Shown here piece after piece: positions 13,197-23,700 of a stretch of DNA of 64,000 nucleotides (its first letter is position 1; each line of letters starts with the position of its first letter). The translations under genes were made by a program, and so were the position numbers. Under the pieces are notes generated by a model that had not been told where the DNA came from, made no database searches, and saw only the letters and a list, made by a program, of their open reading frames with translations. Origin of the DNA: Magallana gigas (lineage: Eukaryota); contig NC_088861.1 in the NCBI RefSeq assembly GCF_963853765.1, positions 11,284,001 through 11,348,000 of the forward strand, given 5' to 3'.

Positions 13197-13530
13197 ATGG
13201 AACATTATCGATATTGGACTTGGGGAATCTTAAAAGAACTTGATCAAATGATAAATCGTCCGCTGCCTGTCTTATTCCACCAATATAATTCTTGATGAAG
13301 AAAGTCTTGCCACATCGCAACATATCAAGAAAAAGTGTCCAGGGTCGATATATTTTCCATTGTACGACTATGTAAATTAGTGGAGACTTGTTTGAATTGA
13401 TGATGACGATGAAGGTTGGGTGATAAAAGCAAGACGATTTTTCTGTCTGAGGAAAGCTGATTTCTTTAAAGACCCCTTAATGCTCTCGCATCATTTCATG
13501 ACTTTTTTAATGGGGTATAAAACAAATTAG
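13197..13530 (+). pseudogene. Decayed compact intronless ORF remnant, family unknown
   Basis: ATG 13197 opens MEHYRYWTWGILKELDQMINRPLPVLFHQY. After one frameshift, frame 13288-13530 reads ILDEESLATSQHIKKKCPGSIYFPLYDYVN*WRLV*IDDDDEGWVIKARRFFCLRKADFFKDPLMLSHHFMTFLMGYKTN*. Confidence 0.3.
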
Positions 13531-13729
13531 TTCGGATATGTTTTTTGATATACATCTGATTATTAAATTTTTTTAAAATTTAGTATCCAGAATAAGAATT
13601 AAGGGATATTTTGCTAGACTTTTTTTAAATAGTTATGCCGTCCCATCATCGACATCTTTTCGACAGCAGTCTATCACTTCCTCTCCAACATAGTGCTGTG
13701 GTTGAGGGGAGATTATACCCTTTCCCTTT

Positions 13730-13790
13730 CCCAGTAGAGCTCTGTTCAGTGTGTAGGTTACGGGTTCGAATCCCACTGAAGGGCATGGAT
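13730..13790 (+). mobile_element. tRNA-derived (SINE-head-like) fragment
   Basis: GTAGAGC...GGTTACGGGTTCGAATCCC resembles Pol III A and B boxes. No complete cloverleaf. Confidence 0.35.
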
Positions 13791-13933
13791 TTGGATGCTT
13801 TAGTGTACAGATGGAGAAACCCTTACAGTTTTATAAAAACCAGTGACATCTCTACACACAGTGGTGCTCTGCATCCTCAATGCATAACGTATAAAAAAGA
13901 ACATGTGGACCAACAACTAAAAAGAATACTGGA

Positions 13934-14085
13934 GGAGGACCAACATATAAAATAGAATACGTACAGGGGGGGGGGGCAACATATAAAATAATATATGTAC
14001 AGGGGGCAACATATAAAAATATAATACGTGAAAGGGGGCAATATAAAAGATATAATACGTGCATGGAGGGGGCACAACAAGCATA
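13934..14085. repeat. Minisatellite, about 5 diverged copies of a ~30-bp unit
   Basis: Recurring GGGGCAACATATAAAATAATATACGTACA-like unit. Confidence 0.8.
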
Positions 14086-15589
14086 TTTTTAATGCACAAA
14101 GTATTCTATGTTTCAGATTCATATTTATTTCATATTCTGAGTTGTTAAGTTCACGTGACTTCGGGTACATTTTTTGTGGCCAAATCAAATCAATGATTCT
14201 GACTGTTCGAAGATTAAACATAAATATACGTACAGTGTATCTGGTATACAAAGATTTCATTCTAAATTATTGACAAGCTGCATTTAAAGCGAATCTTTAA
14301 ATGTACATTCAATTAATTTTTTTAAAAAACAAGATGGTCGATTATTAGAACCATTTTAAGAAGGCATTGGACCTTCCGTAGGACGTAGCTATCATTTCTT
14401 GCGTCAAAACTCGTTGAAAATGAGCTGGATTCAAGTGAAATATGCACCGATTGCATATTCTTATCGAAATCGTGTTGATTTCTTTGAAATAGACAGGCAT
14501 ACTTCACATTGCTGTTTGACACAACTACTCAAAGTCCAAGCTCTTGTTAAAATGGTTATATAAAATAAGAGTAGTTTAGAACAACCACACTTAGTCAAGA
14601 ACAAAATTACAAGATTATCTTTCTTTTCTTCTAAAGATATAAAAAATGTTTTATGCTCATTTTGAAAATATTTTGATTCTCTCAACAAGGTTAACAAAGC
14701 TGAAACTGTTGTGAAAAAATTCCTCTTACTTTTATCATATTCCGTCAACTCTGTGGCCTGTGCTGAAACCAAATCTGTATATGATATGAAACTGACTGCA
14801 TTTTTCTGTATTGCATTACATAAGTATTACATAAGACAGCATGTCATTTATGAAATGATGAGCCATTCTGTATACACCGACTGTTTGGGCATGATTTACA
14901 TGCGCACTTTAACTAGTTTTGGGTTTTTTGGTTGCAAAAAGGTTTAAAGGTTATGTTGACTTCTTTAAAATCTATAGCTTTAGAACAGTGCATCTTTCAT
15001 CATTCAAAAGTGCATGCTATAGAACTTTAATAAATCTGATATGTATAAATGACTATATCAGTTTTATTCATTCAATCTTCTTGACCCAAGACACCAAGGT
15101 TTAAAATGTCGTCTACATGTCTTATAGGAATTTTAAGCCAAATATCATATTTTTAATTACATCCAAATATCATCATTAAAATTTAAAAGCATCAAAAATG
15201 CGCTTATACATGTACATTGTAGTAGTATAGCATGACTGACGCTATAGACCCGTATTGCAGTTAAAAATTCCAAAGAGTCACATATCGTGATTACATGTAC
15301 AATTATTTTGCTCTTTTAAAAAAAAATGTCAAAAAACTACAAAAAACATTTTTTTATTTAATTCTTCATACAACTCGCAAGTTTTCATAATAAATCAGTC
15401 TCATCGGTAAAATGAAGTGTAGCGACCGAACAGAAGAAATGAATGTCATGATGAGCAACTGAACACCCCCCCCCCTCCCCTTTCATCTATTGTTTAATCT
15501 GCATCACCTACCGTTTGTTACATGTACATGCATGCAGTTCACCATGCATGTTAAGTTGCGGGAATCTGTAGAGCGAAATTAGAGAGGAT

Positions 15590-15732
15590 CAAGACATTCC
15601 TCCTGGAAAATTCAAATTTCTTAAAGTTACATAGTAAATTTACAGCAAAATATGCATCGGACCCCTCCCCCCCCCCCTGTCAAACTTACCCCCCCCCCCC
15701 ACCAATGAAAAATTTTCTAGGTCCGCACATGA
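15590..15732 (+). mobile_element. Fragment of a common poly-C-tract MITE family. Related copies at ~22780-22922 (+) and ~16860-16995 (-).
   Basis: Shared AAATTTCTTAAA...AAATATGCxTCGGACCCC(C)n...AAAATTTTCTxGxTCCxCxCATG layout in the three copies. Confidence 0.55.
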
Positions 15733-17848
15733 AGTCATCCCTCACATTGTGTACATGTACATGTAGTTTCAAAGTTTGGTCTTTCCTTTATTTTTTTTCC
15801 CTGCATGGGTGAAGCTGTTCTGTCTTTTGATTTCCGGATGTATTTATTTCAACTGAACTATATTTGAAATATAAAAACAATACTTGAAACAATGTGGAAT
15901 TTTAAATCATAAAAAAGTGATATCTCGTCTCATAGATAAAATCTAGTTAGTATTCGTAAATGAAAAAAAAGTTTTTTTTAGTATATTTTCTTCTTACATT
16001 ATCGTCCAAAGTTTGAATTCGTGGAAATATACTGTAGTATGATTTCCCCAAGAATTCGTGGAAAATATAAACTTTGCATTTTACCAGAATATTAATTTTA
16101 AATATCAATTTAAGGCAGTTTTTTCCTATCAAATTTTCTAAATTTGTTTAGGGATGTTTGTCCTTAATCCGTCTCATTTTCAACTCGATCCCCGGTTATC
16201 GTGTGATATCAACTTTGAGTTGGACTTAGTTCATCCGATATTACCCCGGGGTAGCTGATGATGTGTCCCTGGTTACTTATTACAAATGTATGAATATTTT
16301 AGAACTTGAGCGGGATGTTCCGTTTCCTTTTTTGGTGTTTCAAAACTGAAACTTGTTTTCCAGGGTGTTTTACTCGAAAATCAGTACTCTGGACAGGGAT
16401 ATTTGATCCGAAAAGTGTAACTAGTATGAAGGGAATTTCAAAAAGTACATAGATTATTCTTAGAATTAATTTCATACCCCCCCCCCCTTCCATCCCAGGA
16501 CTCCCTCCTACATATATATATATATATATATAGGATTCTGAAACTGTAAACTCGAAACGTATAGCTATATGACTGAACAGTTATACGGCATAAAATAGTA
16601 ATACCATATTTTTCCTAGAACAACTTGAGATTATGCTCTTGTCTGATGTTACAAATTAGAGCTAAAAACCCATTTAAAATATGCGATGCATGTTATCTCA
16701 AACCGATTGACACAGTCACAAGTAATAATGCATGTACATTACATAGGCGTTGAAACAAGATCAGGTTTTATGCCATATGTTTATTGATATTTGATCCGTT
16801 CCTCGAAGACTCTAAGCCCCCCCCCCCTTCCCCCTCTATTTTCCGATGCCAAATCCGTCAATCCATTATTAGTCCAGACGGGGGGGGGGGGGGGGGGGGG
16901 GTTTCCAAAGAAATTGTTTTGGTAATTTTATATAATGTAATTTAAAGAAATTTGAATTTTGCAGGGGGGGGGGTCACCCGACCCCTCTCTAGATTAAAAA
17001 TGTACATTGAATACACTTTTTTAACATGACTGAAACGGGGGGGTCAGTGAATTTATTTACTGCAATACACAGAAACACACATAAGATTACCAATTTTAAT
17101 CATTTTTTTTCTTCGGGAACAAATAATTAGGAAATTCACCATCCAACAACCAAGCCCCTGTGCTCATTCCCGGTCGGGAATAATTCATGGTAAGACGCAT
17201 CTAAAAAAATATATATACTGTACAGTATAATAAAAAAAAATTTAAAATGAAAGATTTGATTTCACTACAAGTTAAAACTAAGAATTTGTCTCTCTATATG
17301 AACTTATAACACACAAGTAACATTGTTCAAAGAGAGATAACTTGATTTTCCGGAATAGTTTTTAACTTTGATACAATTTTGATTTTAGGACGCCAAAATG
17401 ATATCCGGTTAAATTTATTGGCAAACTGGGTTGATGTTTACATGATGTTGATTTAGCAAGCTTCAAAATTTCAGTAACTTTGTCTGCATAAACACGTACA
17501 GAATTAGAGATTCTTACTGACTGGTAATTTCTTATTTTTATTTGTTGTAAATAAGCTCAACGTTAGCATTTTGTTTAAAACTATCTGAAATTAACATTTT
17601 CAACTTTTAACCGCAAAAATGGAAAAAGTTTACATGTGAATTCAATATCTATTTCATTCTATAGAGATAACTTTCTTCTTTTATATAAAGCAGAGACATA
17701 AATAACATTATTTATGTCTGAGTCTCTGATTTAAAGGTATTTTTTTTTGGGGGGGGGGGAGGGAGGGGGGTATTTTTTTTCTCTTGAATACATAAATGTA
17801 TTGTATTCTACGTATCCCCTGTACATGTACTGATGTAATACATTTCAG

Positions 17849-17977
17849 GTATGGACGATTCAGTGTTTGAGGAGGAGGGGTTGATATACTACTTGTTACT
17901 GTTGCCAAGTACCCTCATTGTGTTGGTGACCTGTCTTATAATTAAATGGCTTGGTCTCAAATTCTTCCAGCATAACT
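17849..17977 (+). CDS. Putative internal exon encoding a 42-aa single-pass membrane micropeptide (ATG 17851)
   Basis: Acceptor CATTTCAG at 17841-17848 and donor T|GTAAGC at 17978. Peptide MDDSVFEEEGLIYYLLLLPSTLIVLVTCLIIKWLGLKFFQHN has an acidic N-terminus, a ~21-aa hydrophobic stretch and basic residues after it. A candidate upstream non-coding exon ends at donor CATG|GTAAGA (17189/17190). Confidence 0.45.
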
Positions 17978-18027
17978 GTAAGCATAATTTATTTAATGCT
18001 TTGGAGGAATCAAGTGAAGTCGTACTC

Positions 18028-18410
18028 AAACTGACTCGTACCTAAACAGACCCATAATCCATTTGTTCGGTGGTAGACAATGATACTTGGATTATAAATA
18101 TAAAAGATAAGCTGTTTAGGTTAGGTTTTGATATAATAACAATAATTAAGAAATTATGAGATAAATGAATGTAGATTTTTGATAATATTATTAATAAGTC
18201 ATCTCCTATAAGTTTGGCAAAGATCGAGGTTCTTATATCAACATTTGATAGAAAATTTCTGCTAACATTGTACATGCAATCTTAGCTATATTGACAAATC
18301 TATAAAATCTTCTCCCTCTCTGAACTTCTGAAGGCATGCATAATATTATAATTCAAGTTTTTTTTACTCAGATTATTTGATTACAAGTCTGTTTGGGTAC
18401 GAGTCGGTTT
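18028..18410. mobile_element. MITE with 24-bp terminal inverted repeats
   Basis: AAACTGACTCGTACCTAAACAGAC (18028-18051) versus GTCTGTTTGGGTACGAGTCGGTTT (18387-18410), 2 mismatches. Confidence 0.7.
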
Positions 18411-18827
18411 CTTTACAAGTTGACTGTAATTCCTCTGAAGATGTCAATATTAATTTATTTACCATTCTAGCTTGTAGTCCGGATATGGAACACCAGAATT
18501 TGTACAAAACATTAAAGTTTGAAAATGATATACATATACATGTATATTGAATAAAGGCAATTTGAAATGCAATATAGATTTGTTTCCCTTTTTTGTTGCT
18601 TATCTACCCGGTGCTATTTATAATGAATAAGTATTTAATGAATACCTGAAATTCTGACTGAAGTAAAAGATTATGTGCCCATGGTCTCTTTTATCATCAA
18701 TTTTCTATTCTGAGTTGAACAATAGACAGGAAAGGTAAAATTCAAGAGAGTTCATGAATCAGGGTTTCTGCTCAAAATCAATTGATGTACATTTTTTTGT
18801 TTTCTCAATATTATTCTTCAATTACAA

Positions 18828-20234
18828 GTGTATTTAAAAAAATTACTTTTACAGAAACTTGTGATTCCAATACCATTTTTAAAGATGCTGGAAAAAGTCA
18901 CACAGACAGCTCACAAAATATTGAGGACAACATATTCCAGGTTTTACACCAGTGGTAGACCATCTCTGAGTGACCGATGGCAGACAGATAAAAACATCAT
19001 TATGAATACTTTTGCTCGCAGAAAGGTGATATCAGATAGGTACGGGGTTACGAATAAATCAGACGATTGTCCGATCACTCATGTGTCTATGAACCCGCCT
19101 CGTAAATTCCATGTACCGAGAGTGGACAATGAGATATTTCTTCAGAAATACACCAGAGGTATTATCGATCATCAGTATATGACGCTATTGGAACTTCCTA
19201 CAGTCTATTCTCCTCTGAGGGTTGATGTGGATGTTGAGAAAATGGATTCATCTGTTGATGTTGTCACAGAGAAGTTGATAGAGCAAATAATGAGTCTTTA
19301 CGCTGAAGAGAGTCTAAAATATTTGGCTGATCCAACGTCACTTAAAACTCAGGGGCTACTGACTGCTTATGTTATGCAGAGAAAGAAGAATTACATGGTG
19401 GACAGTGAGACTAAAGAAGGTCTGCATGCAATTTTTCATGATGTGGTGTTCCCATCCAATCTACACAATTCGCTGTTCCATATACCCATAGCCGAAGTTG
19501 TAGAAAACATGACACCAGGGGAAGGAAAGTTCAAAATCTTGGTCGACCAAATTGGGAAGAATCCATGGTTTATGCTGGGATCCCAAAAGCATTGTGATCT
19601 CTATCCATATACTGTGGAATATGTTTGGAAGTATGGAGAAAAACTGATGCCATTCACGCTGAATATGAATTCAGAGAGTGAAGTGTTTCATTGGGTATCA
19701 AAGTTTTCTATTCGGCATAAGGAACCTAGTGAATATTGTGTTGAGGCATCAGGTGATCTGAAAAATGAAATTCTGTCTATTGAAGAAAGTGGAGAGGAAG
19801 AACTAAGTGTCCTTAATGCATCTAAATCCAAGGCTTCCAGTCATTTTCAGCCTTATGTCAAAAGTTATTATGGCAAATCAAGGAGACAACAAAAATTTTG
19901 TGATATAACCGTGAATAAGCTGATAATAGATTTGGGAAATCTGTTAGATCTATATGATGTTGAAATTTCAGATACTTATAAATCATGGTCCTCAATTGGG
20001 TTTGCATTGAAAATTTTGTGTGAAAGTTGTGATGAATGTGAAAATGAATTCAAAGAGTTGTGGTTTTCTTTTTCTGAAAAATCAGCTAAATTCAATCCAT
20101 CAGAATGTGAGAAGACCTGGAATTCGTTGGACTCATCCAAAGGGGATGTTCTGTTTGCCAAAAGAATACTACTGAAATATGCAAATGAGTGTGACATCAG
20201 TGCTAAATATAAAACTTTTCTAACTCATCTTTAA
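18828..20234 (+). CDS. Intronless archaeo-eukaryotic primase (AEP) of the large-DNA-virus D5/C962R N-terminal type plus a PriCT-2 domain, with no SF3 helicase. Likely start ATG 18885 or 19002.
   Basis: N-terminal THVSM...KF motif (~19077); motif I SPLRVDVD (DxD at 19224-19232); motif II KEGLH (19413-19427); motif III DQIGKNPWFMLGSQK (~19545). The C-terminus carries the PriCT-2 signature DTYKSWSSIGFAL...WFSFSEKSAKFNPSECEKTWNSL. The frame is open for 468 codons. Confidence 0.85.
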   Translation: MYLKKLLLQKLVIPIPFLKMLEKVTQTAHKILRTTYSRFYTSGRPSLSDRWQTDKNIIMNTFARRKVISDRYGVTNKSDDCPITHVSMNPPRKFHVPRVDNEIFLQKYTRGIIDHQYMTLLELPTVYSPLRVDVDVEKMDSSVDVVTEKLIEQIMSLYAEESLKYLADPTSLKTQGLLTAYVMQRKKNYMVDSETKEGLHAIFHDVVFPSNLHNSLFHIPIAEVVENMTPGEGKFKILVDQIGKNPWFMLGSQKHCDLYPYTVEYVWKYGEKLMPFTLNMNSESEVFHWVSKFSIRHKEPSEYCVEASGDLKNEILSIEESGEEELSVLNASKSKASSHFQPYVKSYYGKSRRQQKFCDITVNKLIIDLGNLLDLYDVEISDTYKSWSSIGFALKILCESCDECENEFKELWFSFSEKSAKFNPSECEKTWNSLDSSKGDVLFAKRILLKYANECDISAKYKTFLTHL

Positions 20235-20240
20235 TTTACT

Positions 20241-20406
20241 TAATTTTGGTATTCTAAGTGTGTCAGTGACATAAACATTTTCCTTTGTAATATTTTTTTG
20301 TCAATAAATATGACCTTGATAAAAACTTTAATTTTCTTAATTTTGGTATTCTAAATGTCAGTGACATGAACATTTTCCTTTGTAATATTTTTCAATCAAT
20401 AAATAA
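20241..20406 (+). repeat. Direct duplication (~70 bp) just after the primase stop, each copy followed by AATAAA
   Basis: TAATTTTGGTATTCTAA.TGTCAGTGACAT.AACATTTTCCTTTGTAATATTTTT...CAATAAATA at 20241-20310 and 20338-20406. Confidence 0.85.
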
Positions 20407-20784
20407 ATCAATCAATTAATAAATAAATTGAATCTATCAATAACCTTGATGCTACATTGTATTTTATTTTAATTAAAAACAATGATACAAAATGTTTAAT
20501 ATGAATTTATAAAAGTGGAAAAGTATAATTTCAGAGGAAAAAAATGAATGATGTGAACTTTTAATGTGACCCAACAGTAAACTCTTGTCAAATAATGAAC
20601 CGAACCGGAAATCAGTAGTGCTGAGCATAAAATGAACCAGCGTCTAGCATTTAGACATGGCTAGATTTGATATCAGCTTTGCGTTTAATGATGGGGACAT
20701 TTGACGCCGAGTTTCAAGCGCTAAGATGACATCGCTTACCTTAGAAAATATGTAAACAAATAACTTCCTCCCCACAGGTAAGGT

Positions 20785-23700
20785 ATGTATCGGAGATATA
20801 GGACAGCAGAAAGTCAACACAAGCGTGTAAGTTGTTATACTTAAGTAAGATATCTATGTGTAATCGATAGCATGCAGAACATGTCAAGATGTCATTTCCA
20901 TCTTACATGATAGTTAAAGCATCGAATTCTTAAATACGGTCGACACTCTCTTTTACATCGGTGTTCATTTGTATGATTTGAAAAATTATCTTTCTAAAAA
21001 TTTGTTGATGCTAATACGAATAAACAAAGATTTATGGTTAAAAGATATTTTTGATGCACATAGGCACGTAGAATCGGTGCATGCAGGCACGTAGTATCGG
21101 GGGGGGGGGGGGGGGGGGGGGGGCTGCCCCCTTTTTCTCGCAGCAAACATTTTGCTTAAATTGACAATGTTAAAAGTGAATTGAAATGGAATTGCCCCCC
21201 CCCCTTCCTATTTTGTGAGCATGTATGCAACACTGAAGTGAAAGGAAGGAAATTAACAGTAAAATTGGAAATTGAAGTTATAAGTACAATTCAATTTAAT
21301 TCCTTATTGACCAATTAGGGGCCATCAAGGGGCAGCATGAAGATTATACAATAAACATTCATTCACACACAGATTAGGATTTTTGTTTTGTTTTATTTTT
21401 TGTTTTGTTTTGCTTGTCAAGAGTTTTTGGATGAGTCTGCCCACACCCCCCTCCCCATCTCCACCTGACACTCAAATACAATGCTACGTATGTGCCTGGC
21501 ATGTACAATGCTATTATATTTTATGTATAATGTAATTATATTACAAATCTCGTTATTGGTATTTACAGGAAAAAGAGAAAGCTGAGGCAATAGTAAATGC
21601 TTGTTGGGAGCATGTAGAAAAACAGTGTCAAAACATCAAGCCTCACCCTGTAGATTCTGACAAGTCTTCTGAAAATAACGGAGCATGGAGAATAGTGAGA
21701 GTGTTTGTATCATCAACATTTACAGATTTCTTCTGTGAAAGAGAAATTTTAGTAAAAAAGGTAGGCAAACATCTTTAAAATCATTTTTCAAACATTCAAA
21801 ATTTTTCTAAAATCAAATTTTAGGAGATTAATCAATTTTTTAAAATCAAATATTTAAACAAGAGGTACTTCAGGTTTTCAAACTCTTTTCAGATTTTGCT
21901 GTCGTTACAGTTTTTACTTTTTATTAAAAATTATTTTTAAGAGGATTTTTTTTAAAGATAATGATGAAAAAAACCCCAGTAAGATATACTGGGTATTTAC
22001 AAACTCTTTGAAAAATAAGTGTTTAATGTCTCTAAATCATGAATAGGTGTTTCCCGAATTGAGAGAATGGTGTGAGGAGAGGAAAATTCACCTCATCGAC
22101 TGTGACCTGAGGTGGGGTGTTCCAAAGGACACCAACTCGGAGGAGACCATTCGGTGCTGCATGGAGGAACTGGACAGATGCCACACAGAGACCAATGGCT
22201 GTCCATTTTTCATCAATTTATTGGGAGAAAGGTAACAATTTAGATTTATATACAAAGTTTCAAACCACCATGCAATTAGCTAAATGCATATTTTGGGTCT
22301 ATGCAATTTATAGAAGTGATAATTTTTATAATTATATTCGTAGCTGTGGACCATCATTCAATCTTCTCTCCTCTCTTTCTTTCTCTCTTCTATATGGTAT
22401 ACACAGCAACTAAAATATTGTCCAGAAAAATTGGATCAGACTCAAAGGTATGGCATTGAAAAGTTGTTAATTATCTTGAATTTGATTCTGTGGTGGAACA
22501 TGTAACTTGTGTTGGTGAAAATTTAACTACCGGCTAATCATACTTTAGGGTCTTCATATTCATATAAAAAATTTATGCATAATGTCTGCAAAACATATTA
22601 CATGGAGGAAATTTAGCATTGTTACTGGGCTTATAATTAATTCCTTTTTCTTGCAGTTACGGGTTGTAGCTAACCATCAGTAACTTTTTACAATGCATAT
22701 GACTCCATGACACAATCAAATAGTAGTTGTGCAAGTTTCATTTCAATTCAGTATACTAATTTTCTTTAGATTTACATGCATGTAATAAATTTACCAAAAA
22801 TATGCCTCAGACACCCCCTTTGGAAAACTTAAATAACCAAATAATCGTCGGACCCCCTCCCCCCCATCTCCCCCTCCACCCCCCCCCCCCCCCCAAAAAA
22901 AAAATTCTGGATCCACGCATGATGTGGGGATTGAATTTTCATTGATTTTATGTATTCCTTCTATTAACATGCACATTTGCATTCCTACTTTTGGTACACA
23001 TATTGTTATTAGCTTTCTTAGATACATGAATGTCATATTCCTTTCTGTGATGTAACACATGATTATTACATATACAAAGCATTATCTTTTTTGAAAGCCC
23101 ACTAACATTTTTTTATACTAAATTATGATTTCAAATTATATGAGCTCCAAATTAACCTAGCTAAGATATGGGTGAAGGGTGCATTCAATCATTTGTAATC
23201 AATTCGATTTACTAGGAAAATTGAAATAAAATAAAATCATTTGAAAAAAAAAAATTTGATGACTGTCTTGTTTCAGACATTTCCTTCAATATTGCCAAAA
23301 AAAGTGAACTATTTATAAGTCAGTTAGATGTCAAGATTATTAATTATCATGCGATCTTCCATCTACGATTTATAGGGCCGTGGAAGCTACACATGTATAT
23401 ATAAATTTAATCTGCAACACCACTCTGTACATTAAATACTTTTGAAACAGACTGACATGATATTCAAGTCACTGTACTTTATCTGATATGTACATGCATG
23501 TATAATTATGGAAAGTTACACCGAATTCAAATTATCAATAAACTTTATTACAAAATCTTCCAAAATTATCTATCAATTATGATCAAATTATGATTTGATT
23601 TCTACAGATATGGATGGATTCCAGAGGATCAAGATCTAGGGAGTGATTTAAAGGATGAGTATTCCTGGGTGTTGAACTCATCAATCACATTTATGGAAAT

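Noticed and set aside
18000-20800. Primase as cargo of an intact Polinton/Maverick or other large transposon
   Set aside because: No long TIRs, integrase, pPolB, capsid or packaging ATPase ORFs are visible in the window.
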